A DNA stretch of 64,000 bases from Candidatus Aminicenantes bacterium. Its GTDB lineage: Bacteria > Acidobacteriota > Aminicenantia > Aminicenantales > Saccharicenantaceae. The position numbers and the translations under genes were made by a program. Numbering within the stretch: position 1 is the stretch's first letter; each line of letters opens with the position of its first letter. The stretch covers positions 254,858 through 318,857 of the forward strand of contig JAPKZD010000003.1 in NCBI GenBank assembly GCA_026393975.1, given 5' to 3'. This document shows positions 55,360-64,000 of the stretch, one piece after another. The notes beneath the pieces were generated by a model. It ran no database searches. It was not told the origin of the DNA and saw only the letters and a list, made by a program, of their open reading frames with translations.

Positions 55360-57690
55360 GTGATCGAGATGCACAGAACCAGCAGCTCAGCGAGAGCCGT
55401 CATACTGGCCTTCGCCTTGACCCTGGGTTTTCTTCGGGTCCCCCTGTCGCAGAGCGCCCCACCGGACAAGACCAAGGGCTTCTTTCCCGTTTCCGTATGG
55501 TACCCCGGCGGCAAGGCCCGCGCCCCGATGCTCGAGACCGTGACGCCGCAGTCCCGCGAGACCTGGAAGAAAGACATCGACCAGATCAAGCGCCTCGGCT
55601 TCAACACCGTCCGGACGTGGATCGAGTGGACCGCTTGCGAGAGGACCGAGGGAAAATACGATTTCTCGGCGCTCGAGCTCCTGACCGACCTGGCCGGCGA
55701 GGCGGGCCTGCGGGTTATCATCCAGGTCTACATCGACTCGGCGCCGGACTGGGTCGAGGCCCGTCACCCGGACTCCAAATTCGTCTCTTCGAACGGTGTC
55801 GCCGTGGAATCGCAGGCCGCGCCCGGCTTCTGCTTCGACCACGCCGGCGTCCAGGACAAGATCCTCCGCTTCTTCAAGGCGGCGGCCCGGGCCGTTAAGG
55901 GGAAACCCGCTTTCTACGGCTGGGACCTCTGGAGCGAGCCGCACATCATCAACTGGGCCGAGGTCACCTACGTCGGCGACCTCTCGAGCGTCCAGTTTTG
56001 CTACTGTCATTCGACCCAGGCTCGATTCCGGGAATGGCTCAAGAAAAAATACGTGACGATCGACGCCCTGAACAAGGCCTGGTACCGAACGCTCCGGGCC
56101 TGGGATGAGGTCGAGCCGCCGCGCTTCGGGACCATCCTGACCTTCACGGACTACATCGACTGGAAGGAGTTCATTTCCGACAAGCTGGCCGAGGACCTGG
56201 CCCTCAAGGCCGCGGCCGTCAAGTCGGTCCTGCCGGACACGGTCGTCACCAGCCACTCGGCCGGGCCGGGTATCTTCACCCGGCCGGACTGGTCGGGCAC
56301 ACCCGACGACCGGAAGATGTCGGACAGCGTCGATTTCTACGGGGCCTCGATCTACCCCAAGCACGCCTGGACGATCAAGCCCTGGTCGCCCACGTACCGG
56401 TCCTCGGGCCTCGACTTCGTCCGGTCCATGGGCATCGGCAACGGCGGCTTCTATATTGGCGAGCTCCAGGCCGGCTATGGCGTCTTCGGCATGAAGATGA
56501 GCATGCCCGTGGTCGGCACCGACATCCGAGACTGGATGTGGAGCGCGGTCGCCTACGGCGCGCGGGCCGTCAACATCTACGCCTATTATCCCATGAGCAC
56601 GGGCTACGAAGCCGGCGGCTACGGACTGGTCGAGCTCGACGGCAAGGTCACCGAGCGGGCCGAGGCCGGCGGCCGGGTCGCCCGGGTCATCACGGCCAAC
56701 AAGGACCTCTTCCTCAAGGCCCAGCCGGCGCGGGCGGAGATCGCCATCCTCTATAATCCCCTGTCGCACATGGTCGGCGGCCAGCAGTCGTTCACCGGCG
56801 AAGGCCAGACCGTCGGCGTCAACAACCTAAGCGAATCGCTGCAGGGCGTCCACCGGGCTTTCTTCGAACGGAACATCCCGGTCGATTTCCTCCACGTCAG
56901 GGACCTGGGGACGGCGCGGGCGGCCGGCTACAAGCTCATCATCGCGCCCTATCCGGTGATGATGTCCCAGCCCCACGTCAAGGCCCTGGCCGACTATGTC
57001 CGCGACGGCGGGACGCTCCTGACGGAGGCCCGCTGCGGCTGGGTCGATGAGAAGGGGTTCTCCAGCCCGGTCATCCCCGGCGGCGGGCTCCATGAGGTCC
57101 TCGGCTGCCGGGAGATCGAGCTCACGCCGCTCGCCAAAACGGGCGTCATCGAGGTCAAGGTGGCCGACGAAGTTATCCCCCTACTCAAGCCTGGGGACAA
57201 GCTCGACAGCCTCTTCTTCGAGGAAAGCTTCGACGTCTTCGGTCCGGCGAGCCGGGTCTTGGCGACATTCCCGGACGGGCGGCCGGCCATCGTCGCCGCG
57301 CCCTTCGGGAAGGGCCGGGCCGTCATCGCCGGATCCTTCCTCGGCTCGGCCTATCATCATTTCAAGAATCCAAATAACGGAAAATTCTTCGCCGGTCTGG
57401 CCGAATGCCTGAAGATCGCGCCGCCGGTCCGCGTGACCGCGTCCGCGCCCGACGCCGTGGTCGAGGGGCGGCTTCTCCAAGGCGACGGATATGCCCTTCT
57501 CTTCGGGTTCAACCGGGGCGAAAAGCCGGTCACGGCGAAATTCGCCGTCAAGACGGACGGCGTCCGCGCGGCCGCCGCCAACTTGGAAACGGGCGAAGCC
57601 GTGACGGTCGCCAGGGACGGGGACCGGGCGGTCGTCGAGAAGGCCCTCAAACCCGGCGAGGTCTGGGTCGTCCGCATCGATGGGCGTTGA
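55360..57690 (+). CDS. GH42-like (beta-galactosidase / exo-beta-hexosaminidase clan A) glycosidase with trimerisation domain
   Basis: Signal peptide, GFNTVR.W.EW...E..EG.YDF, CFD, WDLWSEPH, CYC...Q..FR.WL and IGELQAG. Confidence 0.85.
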   Translation: MIEMHRTSSSARAVILAFALTLGFLRVPLSQSAPPDKTKGFFPVSVWYPGGKARAPMLETVTPQSRETWKKDIDQIKRLGFNTVRTWIEWTACERTEGKYDFSALELLTDLAGEAGLRVIIQVYIDSAPDWVEARHPDSKFVSSNGVAVESQAAPGFCFDHAGVQDKILRFFKAAARAVKGKPAFYGWDLWSEPHIINWAEVTYVGDLSSVQFCYCHSTQARFREWLKKKYVTIDALNKAWYRTLRAWDEVEPPRFGTILTFTDYIDWKEFISDKLAEDLALKAAAVKSVLPDTVVTSHSAGPGIFTRPDWSGTPDDRKMSDSVDFYGASIYPKHAWTIKPWSPTYRSSGLDFVRSMGIGNGGFYIGELQAGYGVFGMKMSMPVVGTDIRDWMWSAVAYGARAVNIYAYYPMSTGYEAGGYGLVELDGKVTERAEAGGRVARVITANKDLFLKAQPARAEIAILYNPLSHMVGGQQSFTGEGQTVGVNNLSESLQGVHRAFFERNIPVDFLHVRDLGTARAAGYKLIIAPYPVMMSQPHVKALADYVRDGGTLLTEARCGWVDEKGFSSPVIPGGGLHEVLGCREIELTPLAKTGVIEVKVADEVIPLLKPGDKLDSLFFEESFDVFGPASRVLATFPDGRPAIVAAPFGKGRAVIAGSFLGSAYHHFKNPNNGKFFAGLAECLKIAPPVRVTASAPDAVVEGRLLQGDGYALLFGFNRGEKPVTAKFAVKTDGVRAAAANLETGEAVTVARDGDRAVVEKALKPGEVWVVRIDGR

Positions 57691-58674
57691 GTGCCTACGG
57701 CCATGAAGGCAATGGAATTCTGCGGCGCGATCGACGTCGGCGGGACGAAGATCGCTTCGGCCTTGTTCACCCGGGAGGGGGAGATCTCGGCCAAGGACAA
57801 GATCTCCATCGACAAATCCGGAGGCGAAGCCGCGGCCGGACAGGTCGGCGACAAGATCGAGGCGCTGGCGAAGGCCGTCCGAGCGGTCGGCGGCCGTCTC
57901 GCCGCCGTCGGGATCTCGGTCCCCGGCATCGCCACCTCCGCGAGCGGCAAGGTCTGGGCGCCCAACATTCCCGGCTGGGACCAGTATCCGCTATTGGATA
58001 AGCTCAAGGAAAGACAAGAATGCGCTATTGTTCTCGAAAGCGACCGGAGCGCCTATGTCGCCGGCGAGTCCTGGCGCGGGGCCGCGGCCGGCGCGCGTGA
58101 CGCGGTCTTCCTGGCCGTCGGGACGGGGATCGGCGCTGGGATCATCTCCGGCGGCCGCATCCTCCATGGGCATGAGGACATCGCCGGGGCCGTCGGCTGG
58201 TTCGGCCTCAACCCCGCCTTCAAGCCGGAGTACGCCTCCATGGGCTCGTTCGAAGCCGAAGCCTCGGGGAATTCCGTGGCCCGGAAAGCGCGCGAGCTCC
58301 TGGAGCGGGGAATGGCGTCGTCGATACTCGACCTGGCCGGGGGCCGGGTCGAAGCCGTGACAGCCGAAGTTGTGGCCGAGGCGGCTCGGAAAAAGGACCC
58401 CCTGGCCCTGGAGATCGTCGCCGAGACCGTGACCTACCTGGCCATGGGCATCGCCAACATCGTCAGCATCCTCAATCCCGAAGTCGTCGTCGTCGGGGGA
58501 GGCCTCTTCCAGGCCGCGGATGTCTTTCTCGACCCGGTCCGCCGGGAATTCAAGCGCTGGGCCCAGCCGCTCGCCGCCCGAACGGTCCGGATCGAGCTTT
58601 CCGCTCTTGGCGAAGACGCCGGTCTCTATGGCTGCGCCAAGCTCGCCTGGGACCGGCGGGAAGCGGATTCTTAG
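57691..58674 (+). CDS. ROK family sugar kinase
   Basis: IDVGGTKI, GISVPG, ESD...GE.W.GA, GTGIGAG, G.G.FE..ASG and V.GGG. The start may instead be ATG 57703. Confidence 0.92.
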   Translation: MPTAMKAMEFCGAIDVGGTKIASALFTREGEISAKDKISIDKSGGEAAAGQVGDKIEALAKAVRAVGGRLAAVGISVPGIATSASGKVWAPNIPGWDQYPLLDKLKERQECAIVLESDRSAYVAGESWRGAAAGARDAVFLAVGTGIGAGIISGGRILHGHEDIAGAVGWFGLNPAFKPEYASMGSFEAEASGNSVARKARELLERGMASSILDLAGGRVEAVTAEVVAEAARKKDPLALEIVAETVTYLAMGIANIVSILNPEVVVVGGGLFQAADVFLDPVRREFKRWAQPLAARTVRIELSALGEDAGLYGCAKLAWDRREADS

Positions 58675-58714
58675 GAACATAAATATCTTAAACGAGTCTT
58701 GGAGGATAGACAAC

Positions 58715-59488
58715 ATGTCAGCTCAAGCCTATCTCGACAGGATCCGGGAGATCCTGGACGAGGTCCAAACGAAGGAGATGAAGAATATCCGGGCCGCGGC
58801 CAAGATCATGGCTGCCGCGATCAGGAAGAAAGGCCGCGTCTACATGTTCGGCAGCGGTCACTCGGTCATCCCCGTCCTGGACATTTTCCCGCGCTACGGC
58901 AGTTACGTCGGATTTTTCCCGCTCTACGACCCACGGCTGATGTGGTCGAACGTCATCGGGCCGGGCGGGGCTCGGGAGCTCCTCTGGCTCGAAAGGCAGG
59001 AGGGCTACGCCCGCGTTTTCCTCCAAAGCTACCCGCTCGAAAAGCGCGACGTGATGCTCGTCTTTTCCCACGGCGGGCTGAACGCCGCGCCGATCGAGAT
59101 GGCCCTTGAGGCCAGGTCCCGCGGCCTCAAGGTCGTCACCGTCTCCTCGCACGCGAACGCGAAAATCGGCAAGCGGTCTCATTCGTCGGGCCAGATCCTG
59201 TCCGAGGCGGCCGACGTGGCCATCGACAACCACGTCCCGCCCGAGGACGCCCTGGTCGACGTCGGGCAGATCGAGCGAGTGGCCGCGGGCTCGACCGTCG
59301 CGGCCGTTTCGATCGCCATGTCCCTCGTCGCGGAGACCGCGGCCGTGCTGGCTAAGACCGGCAAGGTCCCGCCGACCTTCGTCTCGCCCAACGTCCACGG
59401 CGTTCCTCCAGGCCACATGGCCGGCGTCTACCAGGCTTTCACCGAGTTCTATTACGCCCGGCCGTTTAAGGCCAAGCGCAAACCCTGA
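58715..59488 (+). CDS. SIS-domain sugar-phosphate isomerase-like protein (UPF0309-type)
   Basis: GGAGG SD at 58701, FGSGHS, ER.EGYA, FSHGG.N..PIEMA, AIDNH.P..DA and F.SPN. Confidence 0.85.
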   Translation: MSAQAYLDRIREILDEVQTKEMKNIRAAAKIMAAAIRKKGRVYMFGSGHSVIPVLDIFPRYGSYVGFFPLYDPRLMWSNVIGPGGARELLWLERQEGYARVFLQSYPLEKRDVMLVFSHGGLNAAPIEMALEARSRGLKVVTVSSHANAKIGKRSHSSGQILSEAADVAIDNHVPPEDALVDVGQIERVAAGSTVAAVSIAMSLVAETAAVLAKTGKVPPTFVSPNVHGVPPGHMAGVYQAFTEFYYARPFKAKRKP

Positions 59489-59505
59489 GGCAAGGAGAGT
59501 CGTCC

Positions 59506-62500
59506 ATGAGCGCATCCGATCGGGCCGGCGCCGCCGGCGTTTCGAGGCTCCAGTCCTCGGCCTGGGCCGGGATCTTTGTCTTCGGCATCGTCATGGCTAT
59601 CCTGGGGGCCATCCTGCCTTCGCTCTTCGACAGGATCGGGTTCGGCGCGGCGGCGGCCGGCAACCTCTTCCTGACCATGAATTTCGCCATGCTCGTCACG
59701 ACCCTCTTTTTCGGCCCCCTCGTCGACCGCTTCGGCTTCAAGACGCTCCTGGCCGTTTCGGCCTTCCTTGTCGCCGCCGCCTTCCTGCTGCTGTCCTTCG
59801 CCTCGACCTACGGACTCGTCCTCGGTGCGGCCGTCGTCCTCGGCCTCGGGGGCGGTGGGCTCAACGGTGGGACGAACGCTCTGACGAGCGACCTCCACGA
59901 GGGCGAGAAGCGCGGCTCCGCCCTCAACGTCCTAGGCATCTTTTTCGGTTTCGGCGCCCTGTCCATCCCCTTCCTTATCGGCACCCTGCGCGATCTGCTG
60001 GGCCTGCGGAACATCCTTTTCCTGGCCACGGGACTCGGCCTCATTCCCTTCCTCCTCTATCTCGCCCTCCGCTTTCCCAAGGCCAAGCAAGCCCAGGGAT
60101 TCCCGATTAAGGAAGCGGCCGGCATCGTCCGCAGCCCGCTCCTCTGGCTCTGCGCCTTCATCCTCTTCTTCCAGTCGGGGAACGAATTCACTGTCGGAGG
60201 CTGGATCTCGACCTACCTCCAGAAGACCTTCGGGCTCGGCGGAAGCATCTCCGCTCTGATCCTCGCCGCCTACTGGGGGGCCATCATGTCGGGCCGCCTT
60301 TTCTCGAGCCGCCTCGTCCGGGTGGTCCGCAGCGAAACGCTCATCCTGGGGAGCGCGGCGCTGGCCCTTTGCGCCGCGGCGCTCATGGCCCTCGCTCCTT
60401 CCGGGATGGCGGCGGCGGCGGGCGCCGTCGCCATCGGCCTCGGCTTCGCCGCTATCTATCCGACGACCCTGGCCATCGTCGGCGAAAAGTTCGCCGCGTT
60501 CACCGGGACGGCCTTCAGCATCGTCATCGCCGTGGGGCTCGTCGGCGGCATGCTCGCGCCCTGGCTGGCCGGAAAGATCGCCGAGGCCTCGAGCCTGAGG
60601 CAGGGGCTTCTCATCCCCGTCTTCAACTGCGCCATGATCGTCGTCCTGTCGGTACTCGTGGGGAGAGTGGTCAAAAAGAAAAAGGCCGTTTCTTTTTGTC
60701 TTCTTATCGGCCTGACGTTCTCCGGTCTGCTCGCAGGGAATCCTTCCGTCGCGGCTCCCGGCGATGCGGCGTCCGCCGCCGTCCGGATCGAGCTCGTCCG
60801 CCGCTTCCCCGCGCTTCTTGCCGAGAAAGGGATCACGGACGACGCCGGCCGTGAGATCGACGGCCGCCTCGACAAGCTCATCGCCGCGGCCCGCTCGGGC
60901 GGAGCCGCGACGGAAAAACAGATCCTCCGCACCTCGCTCGACGCCCTGAATTATTCCGCCTCTAACCTGGCCGGTTTCCCCCAGGCGGCCTTCGATCGGC
61001 CCATCGGGACGATCCTCGAGAAGTTCGGCCGGACGATCGCCCCGGGCGATATCGAAGCCAGGGCCGAAGGGAGCGCCTGTCCGGTCGGCGGCATCGGCGC
61101 CGGCGGGTACGAGCGCCTCATGAACGGAAATTTCTCGACCTGGTTCCTCAAGCTCGGCTGGATGGTCGAGGACACGGTCTGGGCCGACCAGTTCCATGTC
61201 TTCATGAAATCCGGCGGTCGGACGGTCGCCCGGACGCTCGTGACAACGGCGCCGCCGGCTGGGGAAGGCCTTGGCGGCTGGGCCTGGAACTACCCGGTGG
61301 GAAAAGGCGATTATTTCGCCCTCTACCCCAAATCCGGCTTTTCGTACGAAGAGAACCCGGACCTGCCGGTCAAGATGGCGGTCGTCCAGTTCTCGCCCGT
61401 CATCGCCGGGAACTACAAGGAGACGAGCTATCCCGTCGCCGTTTACAGGTGGGTGGCCGTCAACCCGACCCGGCAGCCTGTCGAAGTCAGCATCCTCCTG
61501 ACCTGGGAGAACATGGTCGGCTGGGAGGCCGTCCGGCCTAACCCCGCCCCAGGCGGGGCTCCCCAGGCGTCTTTCGTCTGGGACCGAAAGAGCGCCGGCA
61601 GCTTCAATGAATTCGTCGAGGAGGGGTCCCGCAAAGGCATCCTCTTCCAGCGAAAAGGTCAGGATGTGAAAACCGGGAACGCTCTCGCCGGCACCATGGC
61701 CATCGCCGCCCTCGAAAGCCCGGGCAAGACCCGCGTCCATTTTCAAGCCGCTTTCGACCCTCGCGGCGACGGCACCGACATTTGGAAGAGGTTCGCCACG
61801 GACGGCACGCTCGACGGCGTCCGCGTCTCCGCTCCGCTCGGGCCGCGGCAGGAAACGGGGGCTGCTCTCGCTGTCACGTTCACGCTCAAGCCGGGCGAAC
61901 GGCTCGAAGTCCCCTTCGCCATCGCTTGGGATTTTCCCTACTACGAGTTCGAGGCCGGGGCCAAGCACAAAAAGAAATACACGGCCTTCGCCGGCGCGGA
62001 AGGCACGAACGCCTTCCGCCTGGCCTCCGAAGCGCTGGGTCGGGCGGGGGAGTGGGAGCGGGCCGTCGACGATTGGCAGAAGCCCGTCCTGACGAACCCG
62101 CGGCTTCCCGACTGGTTCAAGCAGGCCCTGCTCAACGAGCTCTACGTCCTGACCGAGACGAGCATCTGGGACGCCGCGACGAACCTCCACGCTTATCTCG
62201 AAAGCGCCGACTACCTCATGTACGGGACGACCGATGTCGATTCCTATTGCTGGCACGTGCTCAAGCTCTGGCCCGAGCTCGAGACGACCCATATGAGCTA
62301 TCTCGCCGGGACCATCCCGCTCGAAGACACTTCTTACCGCGCCTTCCAATACGCGGTCGTCTTTCCCAAGGAGGTTCCGCCGGACAAGATGGACTATTAC
62401 TGGAATACGATCAAGACCGCGGGGATGGTCCCTCACGACGTCGGCTCGCCGCGCAAGAGGCCCTGGACCATCCTGAACGCCTTCGACTGGCAGAACGCCA

Positions 62501-63426
62501 ACTTCTGGAAGGACATCAACCCCAAGTTCCCGCTCCGGGCCTACCGGGATTTCCTGTCGACGGGGGCCCGGGATATCGGTTTTCTCATGAAGATGTTCGA
62601 GGCCTCGGTCGTCGCCCTGGATACGCTCGAAGCTCGCTTCGGCGATAAGGTGACCCACGTCCCGCTCAACGAGGCCATCCCCGACCAGACTTACGACACC
62701 TGGCGGATGAAAGGGGAGAGCGCCTATGTCGGGCTCCTCTGGCTGGCCGGCCTCCGGGCAACGGTCCGGATGGGAGAGACCCTCTACGGCCGCGGCCTGG
62801 TCCGGGCCGGCGATGCCGATATCCTCGAGATCATCGGAAAATACCGGAGGTGGTTCGAGTCGGGCCGGACCTCTCTGCGAAAGCTCTGGGACGAGCGGGG
62901 CGGCTATTTCCACATCGACGCGCACACGGACGACATCATGACCGACCAGCTCTTCGGCGTCTGGTACGCCGGCATGCTCGGCCTCGACGCCGACGGCCGG
63001 GACCCGATCGTCCCGCCCGCCGAGGTCAAGCGGACCCTGCGGACGATCTACGAAAAGAACGTCCTCGGCTTCGGCGGAGGCCTGATGGGCGCGGTGAACG
63101 GCCGTAAAGCCGACGGACGCCAGCTCCTGAGCCAGCAGGGTGATGAGGTCTGGGTCGGCACGGCCTACGCGTTCGCGGCGAACTGCGTCCTCAACGGCCT
63201 CCGCGACGAAGGGATGCACACGGCCTACGGGCTCTACCACGTCGTCTACAGCCCCTTCGGCCAGGGCTATTTCTTCAAGACACCCGAGGCCTACCTCAAC
63301 CCGGACGAGGTCCAGTGGAACAATGCCGAAGCGAAATACGGAGAGAAGCTTTTCCGGGCGATGAAGTATATGCGGCCCGGCGCCGTCTGGGCGCTTTATG
63401 AAGCGTTCTTGAAAAAAACGCCGTAA
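59506..63426 (+). CDS. MFS sugar transporter fused to a GH116 glycosidase
   Basis: aa 1-~388 form a 12-TM FucP/GlcP-like MFS (G.L.DR.G, GGTNAL.SD, FFG.GA, G.EF..GGW). Then KKKK and a hydrophobic segment. Then GH116 (P.GGIGAG, YPKS, SP.I..NY.ETSYPV, YLES.DY.MY.T.DV, IPDQTYDTW, QG.EVW.G, F.TPEA, YMRP.A.W). Confidence 0.9.
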   Translation: MSASDRAGAAGVSRLQSSAWAGIFVFGIVMAILGAILPSLFDRIGFGAAAAGNLFLTMNFAMLVTTLFFGPLVDRFGFKTLLAVSAFLVAAAFLLLSFASTYGLVLGAAVVLGLGGGGLNGGTNALTSDLHEGEKRGSALNVLGIFFGFGALSIPFLIGTLRDLLGLRNILFLATGLGLIPFLLYLALRFPKAKQAQGFPIKEAAGIVRSPLLWLCAFILFFQSGNEFTVGGWISTYLQKTFGLGGSISALILAAYWGAIMSGRLFSSRLVRVVRSETLILGSAALALCAAALMALAPSGMAAAAGAVAIGLGFAAIYPTTLAIVGEKFAAFTGTAFSIVIAVGLVGGMLAPWLAGKIAEASSLRQGLLIPVFNCAMIVVLSVLVGRVVKKKKAVSFCLLIGLTFSGLLAGNPSVAAPGDAASAAVRIELVRRFPALLAEKGITDDAGREIDGRLDKLIAAARSGGAATEKQILRTSLDALNYSASNLAGFPQAAFDRPIGTILEKFGRTIAPGDIEARAEGSACPVGGIGAGGYERLMNGNFSTWFLKLGWMVEDTVWADQFHVFMKSGGRTVARTLVTTAPPAGEGLGGWAWNYPVGKGDYFALYPKSGFSYEENPDLPVKMAVVQFSPVIAGNYKETSYPVAVYRWVAVNPTRQPVEVSILLTWENMVGWEAVRPNPAPGGAPQASFVWDRKSAGSFNEFVEEGSRKGILFQRKGQDVKTGNALAGTMAIAALESPGKTRVHFQAAFDPRGDGTDIWKRFATDGTLDGVRVSAPLGPRQETGAALAVTFTLKPGERLEVPFAIAWDFPYYEFEAGAKHKKKYTAFAGAEGTNAFRLASEALGRAGEWERAVDDWQKPVLTNPRLPDWFKQALLNELYVLTETSIWDAATNLHAYLESADYLMYGTTDVDSYCWHVLKLWPELETTHMSYLAGTIPLEDTSYRAFQYAVVFPKEVPPDKMDYYWNTIKTAGMVPHDVGSPRKRPWTILNAFDWQNANFWKDINPKFPLRAYRDFLSTGARDIGFLMKMFEASVVALDTLEARFGDKVTHVPLNEAIPDQTYDTWRMKGESAYVGLLWLAGLRATVRMGETLYGRGLVRAGDADILEIIGKYRRWFESGRTSLRKLWDERGGYFHIDAHTDDIMTDQLFGVWYAGMLGLDADGRDPIVPPAEVKRTLRTIYEKNVLGFGGGLMGAVNGRKADGRQLLSQQGDEVWVGTAYAFAANCVLNGLRDEGMHTAYGLYHVVYSPFGQGYFFKTPEAYLNPDEVQWNNAEAKYGEKLFRAMKYMRPGAVWALYEAFLKKTP

Positions 63427-63442
63427 ACGGCTATCTTTTATA

Positions 63443-63556
63443 CGTTCGCAGCGCCAACCCCGATTTGCAAATCTTTGCAAATCGGGGTAAAAGCGCCGCT
63501 CAGTATTAACCCTGAGCTTACCCCGGGCTTCAGACCGGGGAGTTGCATGGGTTGAT
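63443..63556 (-). repeat. Palindromic element, copy 3
   Basis: Minus strand ATCAACCCATGCAACT-CCCCGGTCTGAAGCCCGGGG-TAAGCTCAGGGTTAATACTGAGC-GGCGCTTTT, then a 15-bp perfect IR (63457-63488), then GGCGCTGCGAACG. Confidence 0.7.
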
Positions 63557-63564
63557 TGTTCGCG

Positions 63565-64000
63565 ATGAAAAAAAAGAGAACGTCTCTGCTATTGCCCCTC
63601 ACGGCCGCGGCGATCGTTGTCGCCGCGGTCCTGGTCTGGATCTTTCTCGGACGCCCGGGAGCCGCCGCCGGAACGATAAGCCGCCTTTGGGCGCGCCAGG
63701 GGGTCAAGAAGCCCAACGTCATCCTGGTGACCATGGACACGACCCGGGCCGACCACCTGCCGGCCTACGGATATTCGGGGGTGAAAACGCCGGCGCTCGA
63801 CGCCCTGGCCCGACAGGGCGTCGTTTTCGAGCAGGCGGCCACGGCGGTTCCTCTGACGCTCCCCGCCCACAGCACGATCATGACCGGGATGTATCCGACC
63901 TACCACGGCGTCAGGGTCAACGGCAACACGGCCCTGAGCGACGAGCAGACGACTCTGGCCGAAGTCCTGTCGGCCCAGGGCTACCGGACGGGGGCCTTCA
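63565..64000 (+). CDS. Sulfatase-like / alkaline-phosphatase-superfamily hydrolase (3' end outside the window)
   Basis: Read manually: MKKKRTSLLLP...KPNVILVTMDTTRADHL..YG...TP.LD.LA..GV.F..A....PLTLPAHSTIMTG.YP..HGVR.NG...GYRTGAF. Confidence 0.85.
   Translation, partial: MKKKRTSLLLPLTAAAIVVAAVLVWIFLGRPGAAAGTISRLWARQGVKKPNVILVTMDTTRADHLPAYGYSGVKTPALDALARQGVVFEQAATAVPLTLPAHSTIMTGMYPTYHGVRVNGNTALSDEQTTLAEVLSAQGYRTGAF

Noticed and set aside
59932-63480. 1182-aa minus-strand ORF, and similar long antisense or alternate-frame ORFs (14485-16095, 7203-8696, 23397-24800, 46962-49310, 53919-55721)
   Set aside because: These are shadow ORFs of GC3-rich real genes. They have no motifs, are rich in V/D/E/G/R or R/P/G, and completely overlap well-supported genes.

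Overview
GC-rich bacterial chromosome segment. The gene style (signal-peptide-rich peptidases, glycosidases and sulfatase-like proteins) suggests an anaerobic peptide/sugar fermenter such as Candidatus Aminicenantes; this is an inference and no marker gene proves it. Layout: (1) 1-7 kb, an accessory and partly decayed block (AsmA-like C-terminus, lipoprotein, GlsB/YeaQ/YmgE protein, frameshifted RNB nuclease, mgtA with an in-frame TAG, an internally duplicated HExxE protein). (2) 7.2-11.4 kb, a five-gene envelope operon (YtkA/FixH-like protein, beta-barrel, FMN-binding-type protein, MacB/LolC-type ABC pair) behind a perfect 12-1-12 palindrome. (3) 11.4-25 kb, housekeeping genes (acyl-CoA ligase, C4 Zn-ribbon, tRNA-CAT, rpoD, dnaG, larB, a GlmU with a degenerate uridyltransferase half, OCD family, NahK-like kinase, DEAD helicase). 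(4) 25-44 kb, a peptidase-rich stretch (Zn-metallopeptidase facing an ATP-grasp ligase, M28, M49, two S9 with one fused to an FGE-like domain, M14) plus tRNA-Leu and an AcsE-like/MetF-like pair. (5) 44-52 kb, TauE, bfr, dmsABC-like genes with an in-frame TGA in dmsA, mobA, and an HD/Zn-finger protein. (6) 52-64 kb, a tightly packed glycan locus: two orphan GH-like proteins, GH18, GH42-like, ROK kinase, SIS isomerase and a single 1306-aa ORF fusing a complete MFS transporter to a catalytically intact GH116 through a 13th hydrophobic segment. That fusion is the best novelty candidate. Also notable are three copies of a palindromic element resembling IS200/IS605 ends, two of which abut TTGACA -35 boxes, and at least five gene lesions. 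No CRISPR array, integrase or transposase was seen. Family assignments come from motif recognition, not from database searches.
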